Virus record (IMG/VR): IMGVR_UViG_3300031665_000001
Origin: an uncultured virus (IMG/VR IMGVR_UViG_3300031665_000001)
Taxonomy: Duplodnaviria; Heunggongvirae; Uroviricota; Caudoviricetes
Direction: 5' to 3' (one strand)
DNA length: 64,000 nt
Shown piece after piece: positions 19,196 through 30,047 of this stretch. The translations under genes and the position numbers were made by a program. Position 1 is the first letter of the stretch; each line of letters starts with the position of its first letter. The notes beneath the pieces are model-generated. The model had not been told where the DNA came from. It saw only the letters and a program-made list of their open reading frames with translations, and ran no database searches.

Positions 19196-20095
19196 TTATG
19201 GCGCAGCCGTTTCAAAATCTATAATTTTATCTGCCGCCATTCCTTGATCATCGTCTAATGCTCTTACATTTTCACTGATTACCAGTATATATGTAGTACC
19301 TGCCGATAAATCACCTGTTATAGTTACTGTTACATTGGTACCTGCATCACCTGTAAATGCCACAGTTGTAGTATGTTCCACTGCTGCTGCTGTCATAAGT
19401 ACAAAATTTCCACCAATAATAGATTGTGGACTAACATTTCTATTGAAAACTATATCAATAGTACCTACATCAACTGCTACTGGTGATGCTGCATCTGCCG
19501 GGTCAGTACTAGAAACGGCTAATGTAGGTGTTCCAGTTGTTACATCAGAAGTTTCATTTCTATAATAACCTAACTGTTGACCTACAGATTTTGTAACATC
19601 TGCAACAGCTTTAAATGTCAATTTATAAACTGTAACTCCATCTTTCTTATAAACTGCTTCAAGATTAGGGCTAATATTTACAATATATAATCTAATTACT
19701 ACAAAACAATTGGCTTGGTTTCTTTTTCTTGCTTTATATTCTAAAACATAATCTGTTAATATATAATTTCCACCAAATTTAATTTCTGTATATGCCTTAT
19801 GCGTTTCATCTGCTGTTTGAGTAGTAACTGATTGGTCAGTTGCACCAAGAGCATATTGTAATGTAATTGCAGTTGATTCAACAACCATCATTTCAAATGT
19901 ACATTCTTCACCGGGTATATAATATCCTACTGGTGATAATACCTGGTCTACAGAAATTGGCTCAATTTCAGCACTATATGTTAATGTTGCACCATCTTGT
20001 GATGATTCAAATGATACAGGTGAGCTGTCAGGATTCAATGTTAATGTTCCTGCACCTATATGTATGTTTGACGGTGTCATAGTCATAAAATTCAC
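19196..20095 (-). CDS. major tail protein with C-terminal Ig-like (Big_5-like) domain
   Basis: position; NIHIGAGTL tube N-terminus; C-terminal VSSTDPADAAS..IDIVFNRNV..LSAGTTYILVI..DFETA. Confidence 0.85.
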   Translation of the reverse strand: MNFMTMTPSNIHIGAGTLTLNPDSSPVSFESSQDGATLTYSAEIEPISVDQVLSPVGYYIPGEECTFEMMVVESTAITLQYALGATDQSVTTQTADETHKAYTEIKFGGNYILTDYVLEYKARKRNQANCFVVIRLYIVNISPNLEAVYKKDGVTVYKLTFKAVADVTKSVGQQLGYYRNETSDVTTGTPTLAVSSTDPADAASPVAVDVGTIDIVFNRNVSPQSIIGGNFVLMTAAAVEHTTTVAFTGDAGTNVTVTITGDLSAGTTYILVISENVRALDDDQGMAADKIIDFETAAP

Positions 20096-20104
20096 TTCCT
20101 TTCA

Positions 20105-20572
20105 TTAAGATAAGATATAATCAATAGTTGCTTCAACTAAACAACCTTGAGCATACCCAACAGTTTCTTGTCTATATAAATCAGTATTATCAGAACGCTC
20201 TACAACAGGATTATGTAAACTTGTATTCCAATTAGTTTCGCTTCTCATTATTCGCAATACTGAATCAACATATCTAACCAAATGAATATGTAAATCACTT
20301 TTATCATTATCTAAAATCCAACTTAAGACACGTATATACACACGTCTATTTTGATACCCATATTCATCTGTAATTTTTTCAGAAGTAGGACTCCATATTA
20401 ATATTGATGGAAACGTTGTCAATATATCAGGATCATACTCACCTATGTTATATTCTGCAGGTATAGGAGAAGTAATACTACTACTTGCCTCTACTTTCAA
20501 GGTTGTAAGCATAGTAGATAAATTATTCTCTAACATAGTCTTAACATTATTTAATATATATTCACTATTCAT
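20105..20572 (-). CDS. putative tail terminator
   Basis: size and position before major tail protein; FPSILIW motif. Confidence 0.6.
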   Translation of the reverse strand: MNSEYILNNVKTMLENNLSTMLTTLKVEASSSITSPIPAEYNIGEYDPDILTTFPSILIWSPTSEKITDEYGYQNRRVYIRVLSWILDNDKSDLHIHLVRYVDSVLRIMRSETNWNTSLHNPVVERSDNTDLYRQETVGYAQGCLVEATIDYILS

Positions 20573-20574
20573 AA

Positions 20575-21042
20575 TTATAACCCTTTCAATATTTCATCTT
20601 TTACAATAGTCGCCCATTTCTCCCCTTGATATTTAGTAAATGTTACAGGTGGTCTAGCAGGTAAACCCCTATTAGTACCTTTTTGATGCCATATGAATTT
20701 AGGATCACTAGAACCTATTGTTATTGAATTTTTTGTAATTCTTTCAATATGATTCTTACCTTTTGTCGCTAATGAATTCCTTAAATCACCTGTCATTTGA
20801 AGTATTGGTTTACCTGGAAAATGAGCATTTTTCCAATCCCTATATTCTAGTGTTAACGGTTTCCAACCTGGTCTTGAACCATAATAACCTTGTCCTTTAA
20901 AAACTCTATCTTCTGTTTGTCTAAAATCATCACCTATTTTTTTGAAAGCAGGTGTAAGGTCTTTTACTGTACCTGCTATCTTATTGATTCTTTTTGTTAC
21001 TGTTCCTACACCATCTAAATTGATATTTATATAAATAGGCAA
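20575..21042 (-). CDS. virion morphogenesis/neck protein (Mu gpG-like)
   Basis: WKPL...ILQMTGDLRNSL...HQKGT..LPARP motifs. Confidence 0.85.
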   Translation of the reverse strand: MPIYININLDGVGTVTKRINKIAGTVKDLTPAFKKIGDDFRQTEDRVFKGQGYYGSRPGWKPLTLEYRDWKNAHFPGKPILQMTGDLRNSLATKGKNHIERITKNSITIGSSDPKFIWHQKGTNRGLPARPPVTFTKYQGEKWATIVKDEILKGL

Positions 21043-21063
21043 TTAAACCACCTCTTCTTTTTT

Positions 21064-21522
21064 TTACCATTGGTCAACACCCATGTTCCAAGTAGGATCA
21101 GGTGCTTCTTCACCTAATGTACTACTACCATGTGCAGTAAAAGAATATAATCTTCCTCCATCGACATTGTCCAGTAAAGTAGAATTAGGTAATAATATAT
21201 CTTGTGTTAATAAAGCATCTAATTTTTCTTTTGCCTGGTCACACCATCTATTAACTATAGGTGATATTTCTCCACTTGATTGTAATACTAAAACATGGGC
21301 AATTTCACAGGCTACAATTCTACATGAAATATATTTAAGTATCTCAATATCATCTGAATCTGTTATTGGTACTGTGTATACTCTTTGTAGCTTAGAATCA
21401 ATTATCTTATCTGCTTCTGGAATAAAATAACTAGTAACTTCACTTGATGTAACTTTTGAAGAAGCACCAAATGTAAACCATTTTAATAATTTTTGTACAT
21501 CCTCTAATTCACAATAAGCCAT
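21064..21522 (-). CDS. head-tail adaptor (Mu gp36-like)
   Basis: MAYCELEDV...ADKIIDSKL..VYTVPI pattern. Confidence 0.8.
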   Translation of the reverse strand: MAYCELEDVQKLLKWFTFGASSKVTSSEVTSYFIPEADKIIDSKLQRVYTVPITDSDDIEILKYISCRIVACEIAHVLVLQSSGEISPIVNRWCDQAKEKLDALLTQDILLPNSTLLDNVDGGRLYSFTAHGSSTLGEEAPDPTWNMGVDQW

Positions 21523-21537
21523 ATAAAATCACCTCTA

Positions 21538-23031
21538 TTATGCTGATGCTACACTTGCTCCATTATCTAATGGAATATACCATAATTCAGCTTTTATCAA
21601 TGCTCCACCTACTCCACCATCAGCTGCTGATAATAAGTCAATTCCACCTTCTGGTACTACAAACCCTTTAATTTCCATACCTGGTGCACCTCCACCAGAA
21701 CCGCCTACCATAGCATCACCTGGTTTTCCAGTAATACTATAGATTGTTCCTACTTCATCACCATCTACATCTAATACAGCACACATAGGTGCATCTGTAC
21801 CAACTGTAGGATCTGTTACTATTTGAGTATTATTTGCTCCTGCATCAACTGCTGCAGTAGTTACTTCTAACTCAATATGTGTTACAAATACTCTACCACC
21901 TGATACAGTAAATAAAGTTTGTTGTGTACCATCTAAAATATCTGCTTCCGATTTAGTTACTTTAGTTCCTAAAAAACTATTATAACTAGTATTAGAACCA
22001 ACTAAAGCACTCCAAGTTGTTGCACCTGCAGCATCAGGGTTTCCTAATAATGCTAAAGATGTTTTAAGATTAGTTCTACCAGAATAATCACCTAAATCGG
22101 TTTGAATTGCTGCTACTGCTGTGCCAAGAGTACCAACATCATCACCTGCCAATGAGAATGAAGAACCATTACCACCACCAGAAAATTTACCACCTGCTTC
22201 TAAATCATAACAATCTTTTACGATAACAGTTGATGTACCTGCTGTATCAGCTATATCATCAGAATAATCAGATTTACCATCAACATAAAATACACAATTA
22301 TCTATAAGCCCTCTTAAACATTCTGTAGCTAATTCAATAACTGCTGAACCTGCTGTAGTACCTGATTGAGTCATGAATATACAATTTTGTATAATAAAAT
22401 CATCTACACCAGATAATTGGAATACTGAATCATTTGCATCACCGCCAATATATCCTATATGTTTATAAGAATCTACTTTTAATCTATTTGCAGTTGTTGC
22501 AACTGTCCAAGCATCAAGAACTTCTTTATCAGTAGTATCTCTCGATTCACATGCAATCATAATACAATCTGCACCTGAGATAGTACCAAATGTTACAACA
22601 CTATCAACAGCAGTTAAGAATAATAAGTTAACTAATGTTATATTCGCTGCTGAAATTGTCCAAGTTGAACCTGTATGGCCAAAACTAAATGTTGGCCTAT
22701 TTGAACCTGTACCTAAACCAATAACTGTGATGCCTGCAGTATCAAATGTAGCTTTAACACCAGTAGTTGTATATGATTCTGTATGACCTTCTGCTACAAA
22801 AATCACATCACCTTGATTAGTACACTTATTTATAGCACCGTCTAATGTAGCCAAACATGTTGCCCATGATGTCCCACTTCTTGTATCTGCTGCACCTGTA
22901 GCACTTGAGTCTACAAAATAAGCACTGCCTTGATTAGCGTATATAGCTTGATTACCTATTACTGCTTTTTTATTTACTTTTAGATTGTTGGTAGTAATAT
23001 TTCTAAAAATACCATTAAAATCATTAGCCAT
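21538..23031 (-). CDS. putative virion structural protein with beta-helix-like region (head fibre/decoration)
   Basis: YFVDS..GTSW...TLDGAINKC...GDVIFVAEGH pectin-lyase-like start; G/T/A-rich; follows MCP. Confidence 0.6.
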   Translation of the reverse strand: MANDFNGIFRNITTNNLKVNKKAVIGNQAIYANQGSAYFVDSSATGAADTRSGTSWATCLATLDGAINKCTNQGDVIFVAEGHTESYTTTGVKATFDTAGITVIGLGTGSNRPTFSFGHTGSTWTISAANITLVNLLFLTAVDSVVTFGTISGADCIMIACESRDTTDKEVLDAWTVATTANRLKVDSYKHIGYIGGDANDSVFQLSGVDDFIIQNCIFMTQSGTTAGSAVIELATECLRGLIDNCVFYVDGKSDYSDDIADTAGTSTVIVKDCYDLEAGGKFSGGGNGSSFSLAGDDVGTLGTAVAAIQTDLGDYSGRTNLKTSLALLGNPDAAGATTWSALVGSNTSYNSFLGTKVTKSEADILDGTQQTLFTVSGGRVFVTHIELEVTTAAVDAGANNTQIVTDPTVGTDAPMCAVLDVDGDEVGTIYSITGKPGDAMVGGSGGGAPGMEIKGFVVPEGGIDLLSAADGGVGGALIKAELWYIPLDNGASVASA

Positions 23032-23288
23032 AATTTTTTTTTCACTCCTTTAAGGATAACTCAAGGTATTAAATACCCAGGATATCTTCAAATTTTATTT
23101 GAAGACCTCTATTTACAAAAATTGTAAATAGGAACACTTAATTTGAATCTAACACAAGTACATTGTGTTAGATTCGCGAAATCTTTGTATCTATTGATAT
23201 AGTTGAGCGCAAGTCACTTTTATAAAAATAGTAATTTTTTTTATCGTCTTGAATCTAACATAATGTATCTATATAAACGTTATGTTAA

Positions 23289-24239
23289 TTAAGTTATTGC
23301 ACCTTCTATAACATAACCTAAATCACTTGCAGTAATTTTATGGTCAAAACTACTATATGCTTCTATAATATCACTATGAATATTTTCATCTCTCCATCTT
23401 CTTACCCCACCTATACCAACAGGTTCTCCACCAGGAGAATTACTATAATCCCATTTATAAGTGTAAGCTGCTGATACTTCCTCAAGACCTGGATTTTTAT
23501 TAATATATCCAACCCAAACATCTTTTGACCATATTTTACTATAAGACGCGGTTTGACCTATTTGAGCAGTATTCTTACTTGCTTTACCAATATAAATATA
23601 CTCTATATCAAACAATTTTTTTAAATCATCTAATGATAATATTCTAGTAGTATCATTTGATAATCTACCTATCAATTGTGGATGATGTTTTAATTTTTTC
23701 CAAACATTTTTAGCTAATATAAAAGTATTACAAGATAATCCATTTCCTGATTCTACAGTATCAATAGCAGTTTCAAAATCAGTTATAGGGTCTGAGTTAT
23801 CGTAATCATCCCATAATACAGGAGGTGTTGTTGAATTATCCCAGTTTGTTGTTGTCATAAATAATGTTTCTAAAAGAACTTCATTTTTTAATGAAATTTT
23901 ATTAGTTACAAATCTGGTTTTTGCAGATTCTATTCTTAATACTGCATCCGCATTAGCTCTAGTTTCATCTTCTAATCTTGTTGATTGTGCTATTTCCTTA
24001 CATTCATAAGAATCTGTAGATAATCCGAATCCATCCCTATTTGAAGATGTTCCTGGTGCTCTATATTGTGCTGTATCTCTAAATTCATCCGCTTTTGAAA
24101 ATACATAATAATGATCTGACCTAAAAGTCACAGGAATTACTGGTGCTATTTGATCACCAATAAATTCTCCATTTTTATATAAAATACTAACGTTTCCTAA
24201 AATTTGGTCATAATGTACCTGACTAGTAGTTGGTGTCAT
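23289..24239 (-). CDS. major capsid protein
   Basis: 316 aa after protease and decoration genes; WDDYDNSDPI...WKKLKHHP motifs of lambda-E-like capsids. Confidence 0.9.
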   Translation of the reverse strand: MTPTTSQVHYDQILGNVSILYKNGEFIGDQIAPVIPVTFRSDHYYVFSKADEFRDTAQYRAPGTSSNRDGFGLSTDSYECKEIAQSTRLEDETRANADAVLRIESAKTRFVTNKISLKNEVLLETLFMTTTNWDNSTTPPVLWDDYDNSDPITDFETAIDTVESGNGLSCNTFILAKNVWKKLKHHPQLIGRLSNDTTRILSLDDLKKLFDIEYIYIGKASKNTAQIGQTASYSKIWSKDVWVGYINKNPGLEEVSAAYTYKWDYSNSPGGEPVGIGGVRRWRDENIHSDIIEAYSSFDHKITASDLGYVIEGAIT

Positions 24240-24264
24240 TTAAAATCTCCCCTTTCCTCTAATA

Positions 24265-24633
24265 TTAACCTGCATACATGCAACCAGGTGTTAATAATAC
24301 TCTAACAACATCATTTGCGTCTGTTGCTTCTTGAATAACTACTGCTGCTACATGGTCTGTATCAGTTGTAGTTGTAACTCCTTGCCCATTTGCAGCACTT
24401 TCTAATCTTGCCATTAACGCACATGCAGCAGATACAGATAATCTTGAAATACCTAAAAGCATAACTTCTGCAATCGCGTATTGTACAGGATTATTCTGTA
24501 GTATACCGATTGGCATTGTACCAGCACCACAAAGGGTTACAGTATCTGCATCACTAAGGTATACGAATCTATATTGACCAGTAGTAGAATAATCGGCTGC
24601 TGCTATAAAAGACCTACTTAATACAGTTTCCAT
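24265..24633 (-). CDS. capsid cement/decoration protein
   Basis: AAADY...QYRFV...IGILQNNP...ANGQGV pattern just before MCP. Confidence 0.75.
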   Translation of the reverse strand: METVLSRSFIAAADYSTTGQYRFVYLSDADTVTLCGAGTMPIGILQNNPVQYAIAEVMLLGISRLSVSAACALMARLESAANGQGVTTTTDTDHVAAVVIQEATDANDVVRVLLTPGCMYAG

Positions 24634-25971
24634 TTATATTAACCCCTTTCTTTCCATATGGGAATTTTTAGCTAATTCTGGATTTTCTTTAGCTACTATT
24701 AGGATTGCTTCTGTATAATCTAGTTTTTGCTCTTTCATTACTTTAGCTGTTTCAGATTCAAAAAGTTTTACATAACTTTTATCATCTGAATTGTTATTTG
24801 AAGAACCATTCTCACCTAATTTGACTACTACTGGCAAAACTTTAATCATTTCTCTAGTTGCTGTAGGGTCTGCCATGAATTGTTTCTTAAATACTTCACT
24901 CATGGCAGGAGTCATTCTCCCCTCATTTAAAGCAGTCGTATAAACATTGGTCCAATCTGCTTCTGTAAATTTCAAATTAATATTTTTAATACTTTCATTT
25001 AATTTAACAATTTCCTGCTCTGCTGTTGATTTACTTCCTATTGCTTCATTTAATTTAGTAGTTAATGCTGCTTTATCAGTTTCTAAAGTCTTTTTTTCTT
25101 CTTCTAAAGTCTTTTTTTCTGCTTTCAAAGTTTCATTCTCTGCAGATATTTCAGATAATTTTTTAGAATCTTCAATCATTTTATTTACTACTGTTTCAAT
25201 TTCAGCTTCTGTTGATGTTTCTGAAAGTTTTAATGCTTCTAAAAGCTTCTTATTCATTCCTTTATCCCCTTTCTCATTATCACTTATACATGGAGAATAT
25301 AATTCACCATTCAAATCTATTGGATTAATTGTCTCAGAAAGCATTAACGGAGACATATTTTTAATAAATGGTCTATTAGTTAATGCTCCACCAAATAGAA
25401 CATTATTATAAGTTTTTCCTGATTCTGCATCTGTATATATAAATTTAAACTCAGGACTAAAATACCTGAAAGATTTACTTTTTACTTTTTCTTTACCAAA
25501 ATCGGTCCATTCAATTTCTGCCAAAAGTGTAGAACCTTTTTTGATAAGTTTCTTCACCCAACATACAGCTTCTGATTTATGATTTGTTTCACCATGTTCT
25601 AAATCGAAGCTTATATCAATTCCCCTAACATTATTTTCGAAATTTTTTATAATACAATCAATAGTATTTTCTGTAATTTCTAAATTTTCATAGATGGAAT
25701 GTCTCCATTTACCTGTCCTCATTATTTCTATCTGATTAGGTAAATTTTCGGCTTCTGACAAACATATATAATAAAAGTTTTCTGATGCCTTAACCCATCC
25801 TTTTTCAGTCTTATGATATCCTGCTTTTTTTACTGCTGCCCATGCGACCTTGTTACATTTTTCTTCATCACCTTTATATTGCTTAAAGGCACTATTGAAA
25901 GCAGCCATCCATATATCTCTTGCATGAGAAGGTAAACCTTTAATTCTATCAGGTGCTTTATTATATGGCAT
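24634..25971 (-). CDS. Mu-like prohead protease/scaffold with N-terminal ChaB-like domain
   Basis: FDLEH, EIEWTDFG, FRYFSPEF, GGALTNRPFIKNM; coiled-coil scaffold; N-terminal LPSHARDIWMAAFNSA...AWAAVKK. Confidence 0.9.
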   Translation of the reverse strand: MPYNKAPDRIKGLPSHARDIWMAAFNSAFKQYKGDEEKCNKVAWAAVKKAGYHKTEKGWVKASENFYYICLSEAENLPNQIEIMRTGKWRHSIYENLEITENTIDCIIKNFENNVRGIDISFDLEHGETNHKSEAVCWVKKLIKKGSTLLAEIEWTDFGKEKVKSKSFRYFSPEFKFIYTDAESGKTYNNVLFGGALTNRPFIKNMSPLMLSETINPIDLNGELYSPCISDNEKGDKGMNKKLLEALKLSETSTEAEIETVVNKMIEDSKKLSEISAENETLKAEKKTLEEEKKTLETDKAALTTKLNEAIGSKSTAEQEIVKLNESIKNINLKFTEADWTNVYTTALNEGRMTPAMSEVFKKQFMADPTATREMIKVLPVVVKLGENGSSNNNSDDKSYVKLFESETAKVMKEQKLDYTEAILIVAKENPELAKNSHMERKGLI

Positions 25972-26976
25972 TTACACACCTCCTAAATCAGTAATAGACC
26001 ATGTATCACTTGTAATTAAACTCGTCCTTGATGCTTCTGCTGCACCTCCAGTTGTATAATATGAAGAACATCTAAAACTAACTCCACTTTGAACACTTAA
26101 AGCATCCCAAGCAATTAAGACAGCATCATAATTTGCAGTAGACCAACTTGTACAACCTGTCAACATTTCTTCCATCGTTGTTACATTAGAAATATCCCAC
26201 GATGAAATATTTTGATTAAAGTTCAAACAATCACTAAACATATAACTCATATTTGTAACTTTAGAAGTGTTAAAATTAAAAATGTCTTGATTAAAATTCG
26301 AACAATTGTAAAATAGTGCATACATATTTTCAACTTTAGAAGTATCAAAAGTATTAACAGGTTTATTAAAAGCAATACAACTATAAAACATACCTGCCAT
26401 AGTAGTTACATTTGAAGTATTTAATGATGTTACATTACCATTGAATACTGTACAACCTCTAAACATATATGTCATATTAGTTACATTTGAAGTATCTGAG
26501 AATTTTATATCCCCATTTAAACTACTACATTCATAAAATAACCTATACATATCTGTAATATCAGAAGTATCTAATGAATCAGGTGTATCAATTTGTAAAT
26601 TGGCACAACCATAAAAATTACTATTCACAGAACCTAATCTAAAATCTACTCCCCATCTATCTATAGTTAATAACTTTAATTTGTCACCACTATTATTAAA
26701 TTGCCATCCTTCACATTGACCTTTTATATTTACTTCATAAGTTCCTATAGATGAATATGTATGTGTGGTTTCTGCTTGATTCCAAGTAGTTATATAATCA
26801 CTTGATCCATCTCCCCATTCAACTACACAATTATATGTCCCTGTAGCTATAAAAGGTAATTTTATTTGGTCATTATTACTAGAGCCTACAGAAATATTAT
26901 CTGTCTTCCAAGTTTGTGTTGCATATTTATTTTTTGGCATCATCCGTATTTTTTTTGAACCATACATTTTATGCAC
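25972..26976 (-). CDS. BspA/DUF285-type leucine-rich repeat protein
   Basis: about six ~25-aa repeats (D/N)TSxVTNMxxMFxxCxxFN; N-terminal VEWGDGS...THTY PKD-like motif. Confidence 0.85.
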   Translation of the reverse strand: MHKMYGSKKIRMMPKNKYATQTWKTDNISVGSSNNDQIKLPFIATGTYNCVVEWGDGSSDYITTWNQAETTHTYSSIGTYEVNIKGQCEGWQFNNSGDKLKLLTIDRWGVDFRLGSVNSNFYGCANLQIDTPDSLDTSDITDMYRLFYECSSLNGDIKFSDTSNVTNMTYMFRGCTVFNGNVTSLNTSNVTTMAGMFYSCIAFNKPVNTFDTSKVENMYALFYNCSNFNQDIFNFNTSKVTNMSYMFSDCLNFNQNISSWDISNVTTMEEMLTGCTSWSTANYDAVLIAWDALSVQSGVSFRCSSYYTTGGAAEASRTSLITSDTWSITDLGGV

Positions 26977-27484
26977 CTACTGTCTCCAGATCAATATTAA
27001 TTACATCTTCACTCCCTGGTGTCCACCCTGCATCAGTAACAAGTTGACCATAAATACTTGTACTTCCAGTAGCTAATTTCCTCTTTATATTAATATTTTC
27101 TAACCAATAAATTAAAGTTGTTCCTAAATCTACAGGAGTACTAAATTGAATGCTACCTAAATATTTACCTCCATCGGCTAATAATAAAGTCCATGCTAAA
27201 TTATCTGTTATTGCTGTCGGTGTTGCGTCATATAAGTGTAATGTGAATGAACTCATACCTGCAGGAACACTTGACTTTTCTACTTCTATTTTTGCATCAG
27301 TTATATAAAAATGTTGTCCCGATTCTGGTAAAATATTTGTAAATTCTAAATTTGTAGCTGGATTTGTGCCTACAACATCACCTGCTGTATATGCTGTAGT
27401 ATTCGCTGGTCTTGTTATAGCGACTGAACTACTGCCCGCTTGTGATTTAATATAATTTCCATCAATACGTCTTATACCAGACAT
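26969..27484 (-). CDS. putative virion structural protein (171 aa)
   Basis: RBS GAAGGTGG before ATG 27484; TRPANTTAYTAGDVVG motif. Confidence 0.65.
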   Translation of the reverse strand: MSGIRRIDGNYIKSQAGSSSVAITRPANTTAYTAGDVVGTNPATNLEFTNILPESGQHFYITDAKIEVEKSSVPAGMSSFTLHLYDATPTAITDNLAWTLLLADGGKYLGSIQFSTPVDLGTTLIYWLENINIKRKLATGSTSIYGQLVTDAGWTPGSEDVINIDLETVGA

Positions 27485-27731
27485 TAAACCACCTTCTTTA
27501 TTTATATTAAAAATTGAAATATTCAAACACGAAAATAAACTATTAATACAATCCGTCTTCTTTTCTTCCAATGAAAAGATTCATTAAATTGCTAGAAAAG
27601 TTCATAAATCTTTTTAATCTTACAATCGAATCGACTTAATGACGAAACTTGTTGATTATATTATTTACATAAGATTTAGAATAACTTAATTGTACCATAG
27701 TAGTTCATTTTTCGTCAATTATTTTTCAATT

Positions 27732-29489
27732 TTATAATTCATTTATGATATCCTGTGTAATTATATCTATATCTAAATAAGTATTATTAATATATTCATT
27801 TAAAAACATAGATTTTACTTTTTCTGATATAGTATTTGAAATAATATTAGATTTTGCCGTAAACTTAATATCTGATTCTTTAAATTTTAATTCATTTTTC
27901 AATAAATCATTTATAAATTTAGACAATTCACCTTTATACTGAACTTTTATACTCGACAAATTATTAATGTCCATTTCTTGTGCTTTCTCATTTAATTTAA
28001 TCAATTGCTTTTTAATTAAATCTTTAAGACATGTTAACGCTTCCATAGAAATTTCAGAAAATTTAATATTACTTGAATTCTCTTTCATATTTTTATTTAT
28101 CTTATCATTTTTTATTTTATCTTTATATTGATTTTGCTTGCTTGTATTATCAATAGGTGTTTTAGACTTATTAGTTTCTGGAATCTTATTATTACCCTGT
28201 TGAATACTTAATTTATTTTGTTTAAATTGCTCAATTGCTTCTTCCCTAGACTGTGCAGGGTTTTGTTCTGGTAAATCTAACATGTCTCTTATATAAACTT
28301 CTAAATCATCATCAGGTAATACAAGTTTACCATCAACTAAAGTTTTAAGAGCATTTATAAGTTTAGTACTATTCATAGATTTAAATGAAAGTATTGGATA
28401 TAAATCGGATGCAAAATTATACCCTACTAATTCAGGTATAGCATGACAATTTATTATATTACATATATTTTTTGCTGCAGAATCCAACATCATCAAGAAC
28501 ATTTCTGATTGATCACTGGATAATGCAAAAGAACCACTAGTTGAATTTCCTGAACCTAAATTCATAAATTGTGCGACTATGCTTTTAGCTATTGCCAAAT
28601 CCTGATGGTCTATATATGGTTGTACATCTGCTAATGTCCTTTTTCCTTCGAACATTTCTAATACAAATCCATCAGGTAATCTAACTCCACCATATTCTGA
28701 ACTTCTTAACGTTGTAACAATTTCATCAGCCAATTCCTTGTCTTCTTGTGTATAATTCTCAGGTAATGTAAGTATTGGTGTACCTACAAAATTTCTTTCA
28801 ATTCCTATATTTACAATCTTATATAAATAATCTTTTATCTTCCAATGTTTATAAGCTGCCCTGAGAACTGATATACCTCTTACATTACCTTGCTGCATAT
28901 CATGTGAGAAAAACAATAATTTTTGTATAGGTATGTTCACAGTTTCCCAATTATTATGAATCATGTATTGGTCAATTGATTGCAAATCACCTGCATTATC
29001 ATAATAAATATCATATATAGTTGATTGAGGTCTAACTGCAAACTTCTTCCACTTATATTGACCTTTTTTTACTTCAAATACTTTCTCAAAAATACTATGT
29101 CCAAATTGAAACATAGTTGTTACATTTCTAATAAAATCATCAAATCCAAGTTGCAAACCTATTCCATAGCCACCAAATAAACATTCTTCAACAAAAGATG
29201 CTATCTTTTTAGCTTTACTTGATCCATCTTTTGACCTGATAAACCATTGTGTAGAACGAATAGGTAATGAAAGCATTAATAATACTGCTTTAACTTGAGC
29301 ATCTGACCTTCCCATTTTTTCATAAATAGAAATATCATTAGGATATTTTAAAGCTGCTAAATATTCATCAGTACTTAATTGTATTTGTTTATATATAGAT
29401 GATGTTCTACCAGTACCACCTAATTCCGTTTTAGATGGTTTTCTAGTTACTGAAATAATTTTACCATTTACATCATAAATTTTAGCCAT
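27732..29489 (-). CDS. portal protein (DUF935/Mu gp29-like) with C-terminal extension
   Basis: FGHSIFEKV, GISVLRAAYKHW, GIERNFVGTP, IAKSIVAQFMNLG..GSFALS. Confidence 0.9.
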   Translation of the reverse strand: MAKIYDVNGKIISVTRKPSKTELGGTGRTSSIYKQIQLSTDEYLAALKYPNDISIYEKMGRSDAQVKAVLLMLSLPIRSTQWFIRSKDGSSKAKKIASFVEECLFGGYGIGLQLGFDDFIRNVTTMFQFGHSIFEKVFEVKKGQYKWKKFAVRPQSTIYDIYYDNAGDLQSIDQYMIHNNWETVNIPIQKLLFFSHDMQQGNVRGISVLRAAYKHWKIKDYLYKIVNIGIERNFVGTPILTLPENYTQEDKELADEIVTTLRSSEYGGVRLPDGFVLEMFEGKRTLADVQPYIDHQDLAIAKSIVAQFMNLGSGNSTSGSFALSSDQSEMFLMMLDSAAKNICNIINCHAIPELVGYNFASDLYPILSFKSMNSTKLINALKTLVDGKLVLPDDDLEVYIRDMLDLPEQNPAQSREEAIEQFKQNKLSIQQGNNKIPETNKSKTPIDNTSKQNQYKDKIKNDKINKNMKENSSNIKFSEISMEALTCLKDLIKKQLIKLNEKAQEMDINNLSSIKVQYKGELSKFINDLLKNELKFKESDIKFTAKSNIISNTISEKVKSMFLNEYINNTYLDIDIITQDIINEL

Positions 29490-29530
29490 AATTCTCCCCC
29501 TTTCTATAGAATTAAAATTTTATTAAGTTT

Positions 29531-30031
29531 CTATTTTTTCTTTTTTGAATAAGCATCTGGTTTCCTTCTTTTTTCTTTAGTAACTTCTATTAATGTATTA
29601 TCTTTATTTTTGATCTTAGCTTCCTCAGAAAATTGTATATCTTCTACTTTATCATCATGAGCTAATGATTCTCTAATTTTATTATTTAAATCTGATTTAT
29701 AATTATCAGCATTAACAGGTCCTTCAACATTTGAAACTTCCTCAGTTGTATATTTTACATCTAATTCTGGTGTTGCTTCTAAAATTGGTTCTGATATAAC
29801 CTTTTCTTTTAAAGATTCTAGTGTAATTGTAGAATTATCTACTGAATATGTAGGTTCTTTATAATAACTTGATATTTCATCTACTAATTCATTTTTAATA
29901 TTCTTCATTACACTTATTACACTTTGATGCTGTTTCATATATTTTGTTGACATTATTATTTTTTCTATATCAAGGACCATTTTTCCAAATTCTAAAATTT
30001 TTTCAATTTCTCTAAATCTTTCATCATTCAT
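29531..30031 (-). CDS. hypothetical protein
   Basis: RBS AAAAGGAGAG; lies between terminase and portal. Confidence 0.7.
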   Translation of the reverse strand: MNDERFREIEKILEFGKMVLDIEKIIMSTKYMKQHQSVISVMKNIKNELVDEISSYYKEPTYSVDNSTITLESLKEKVISEPILEATPELDVKYTTEEVSNVEGPVNADNYKSDLNNKIRESLAHDDKVEDIQFSEEAKIKNKDNTLIEVTKEKRRKPDAYSKKKK

Positions 30032-30047
30032 TAATAAATCTCTCCTT

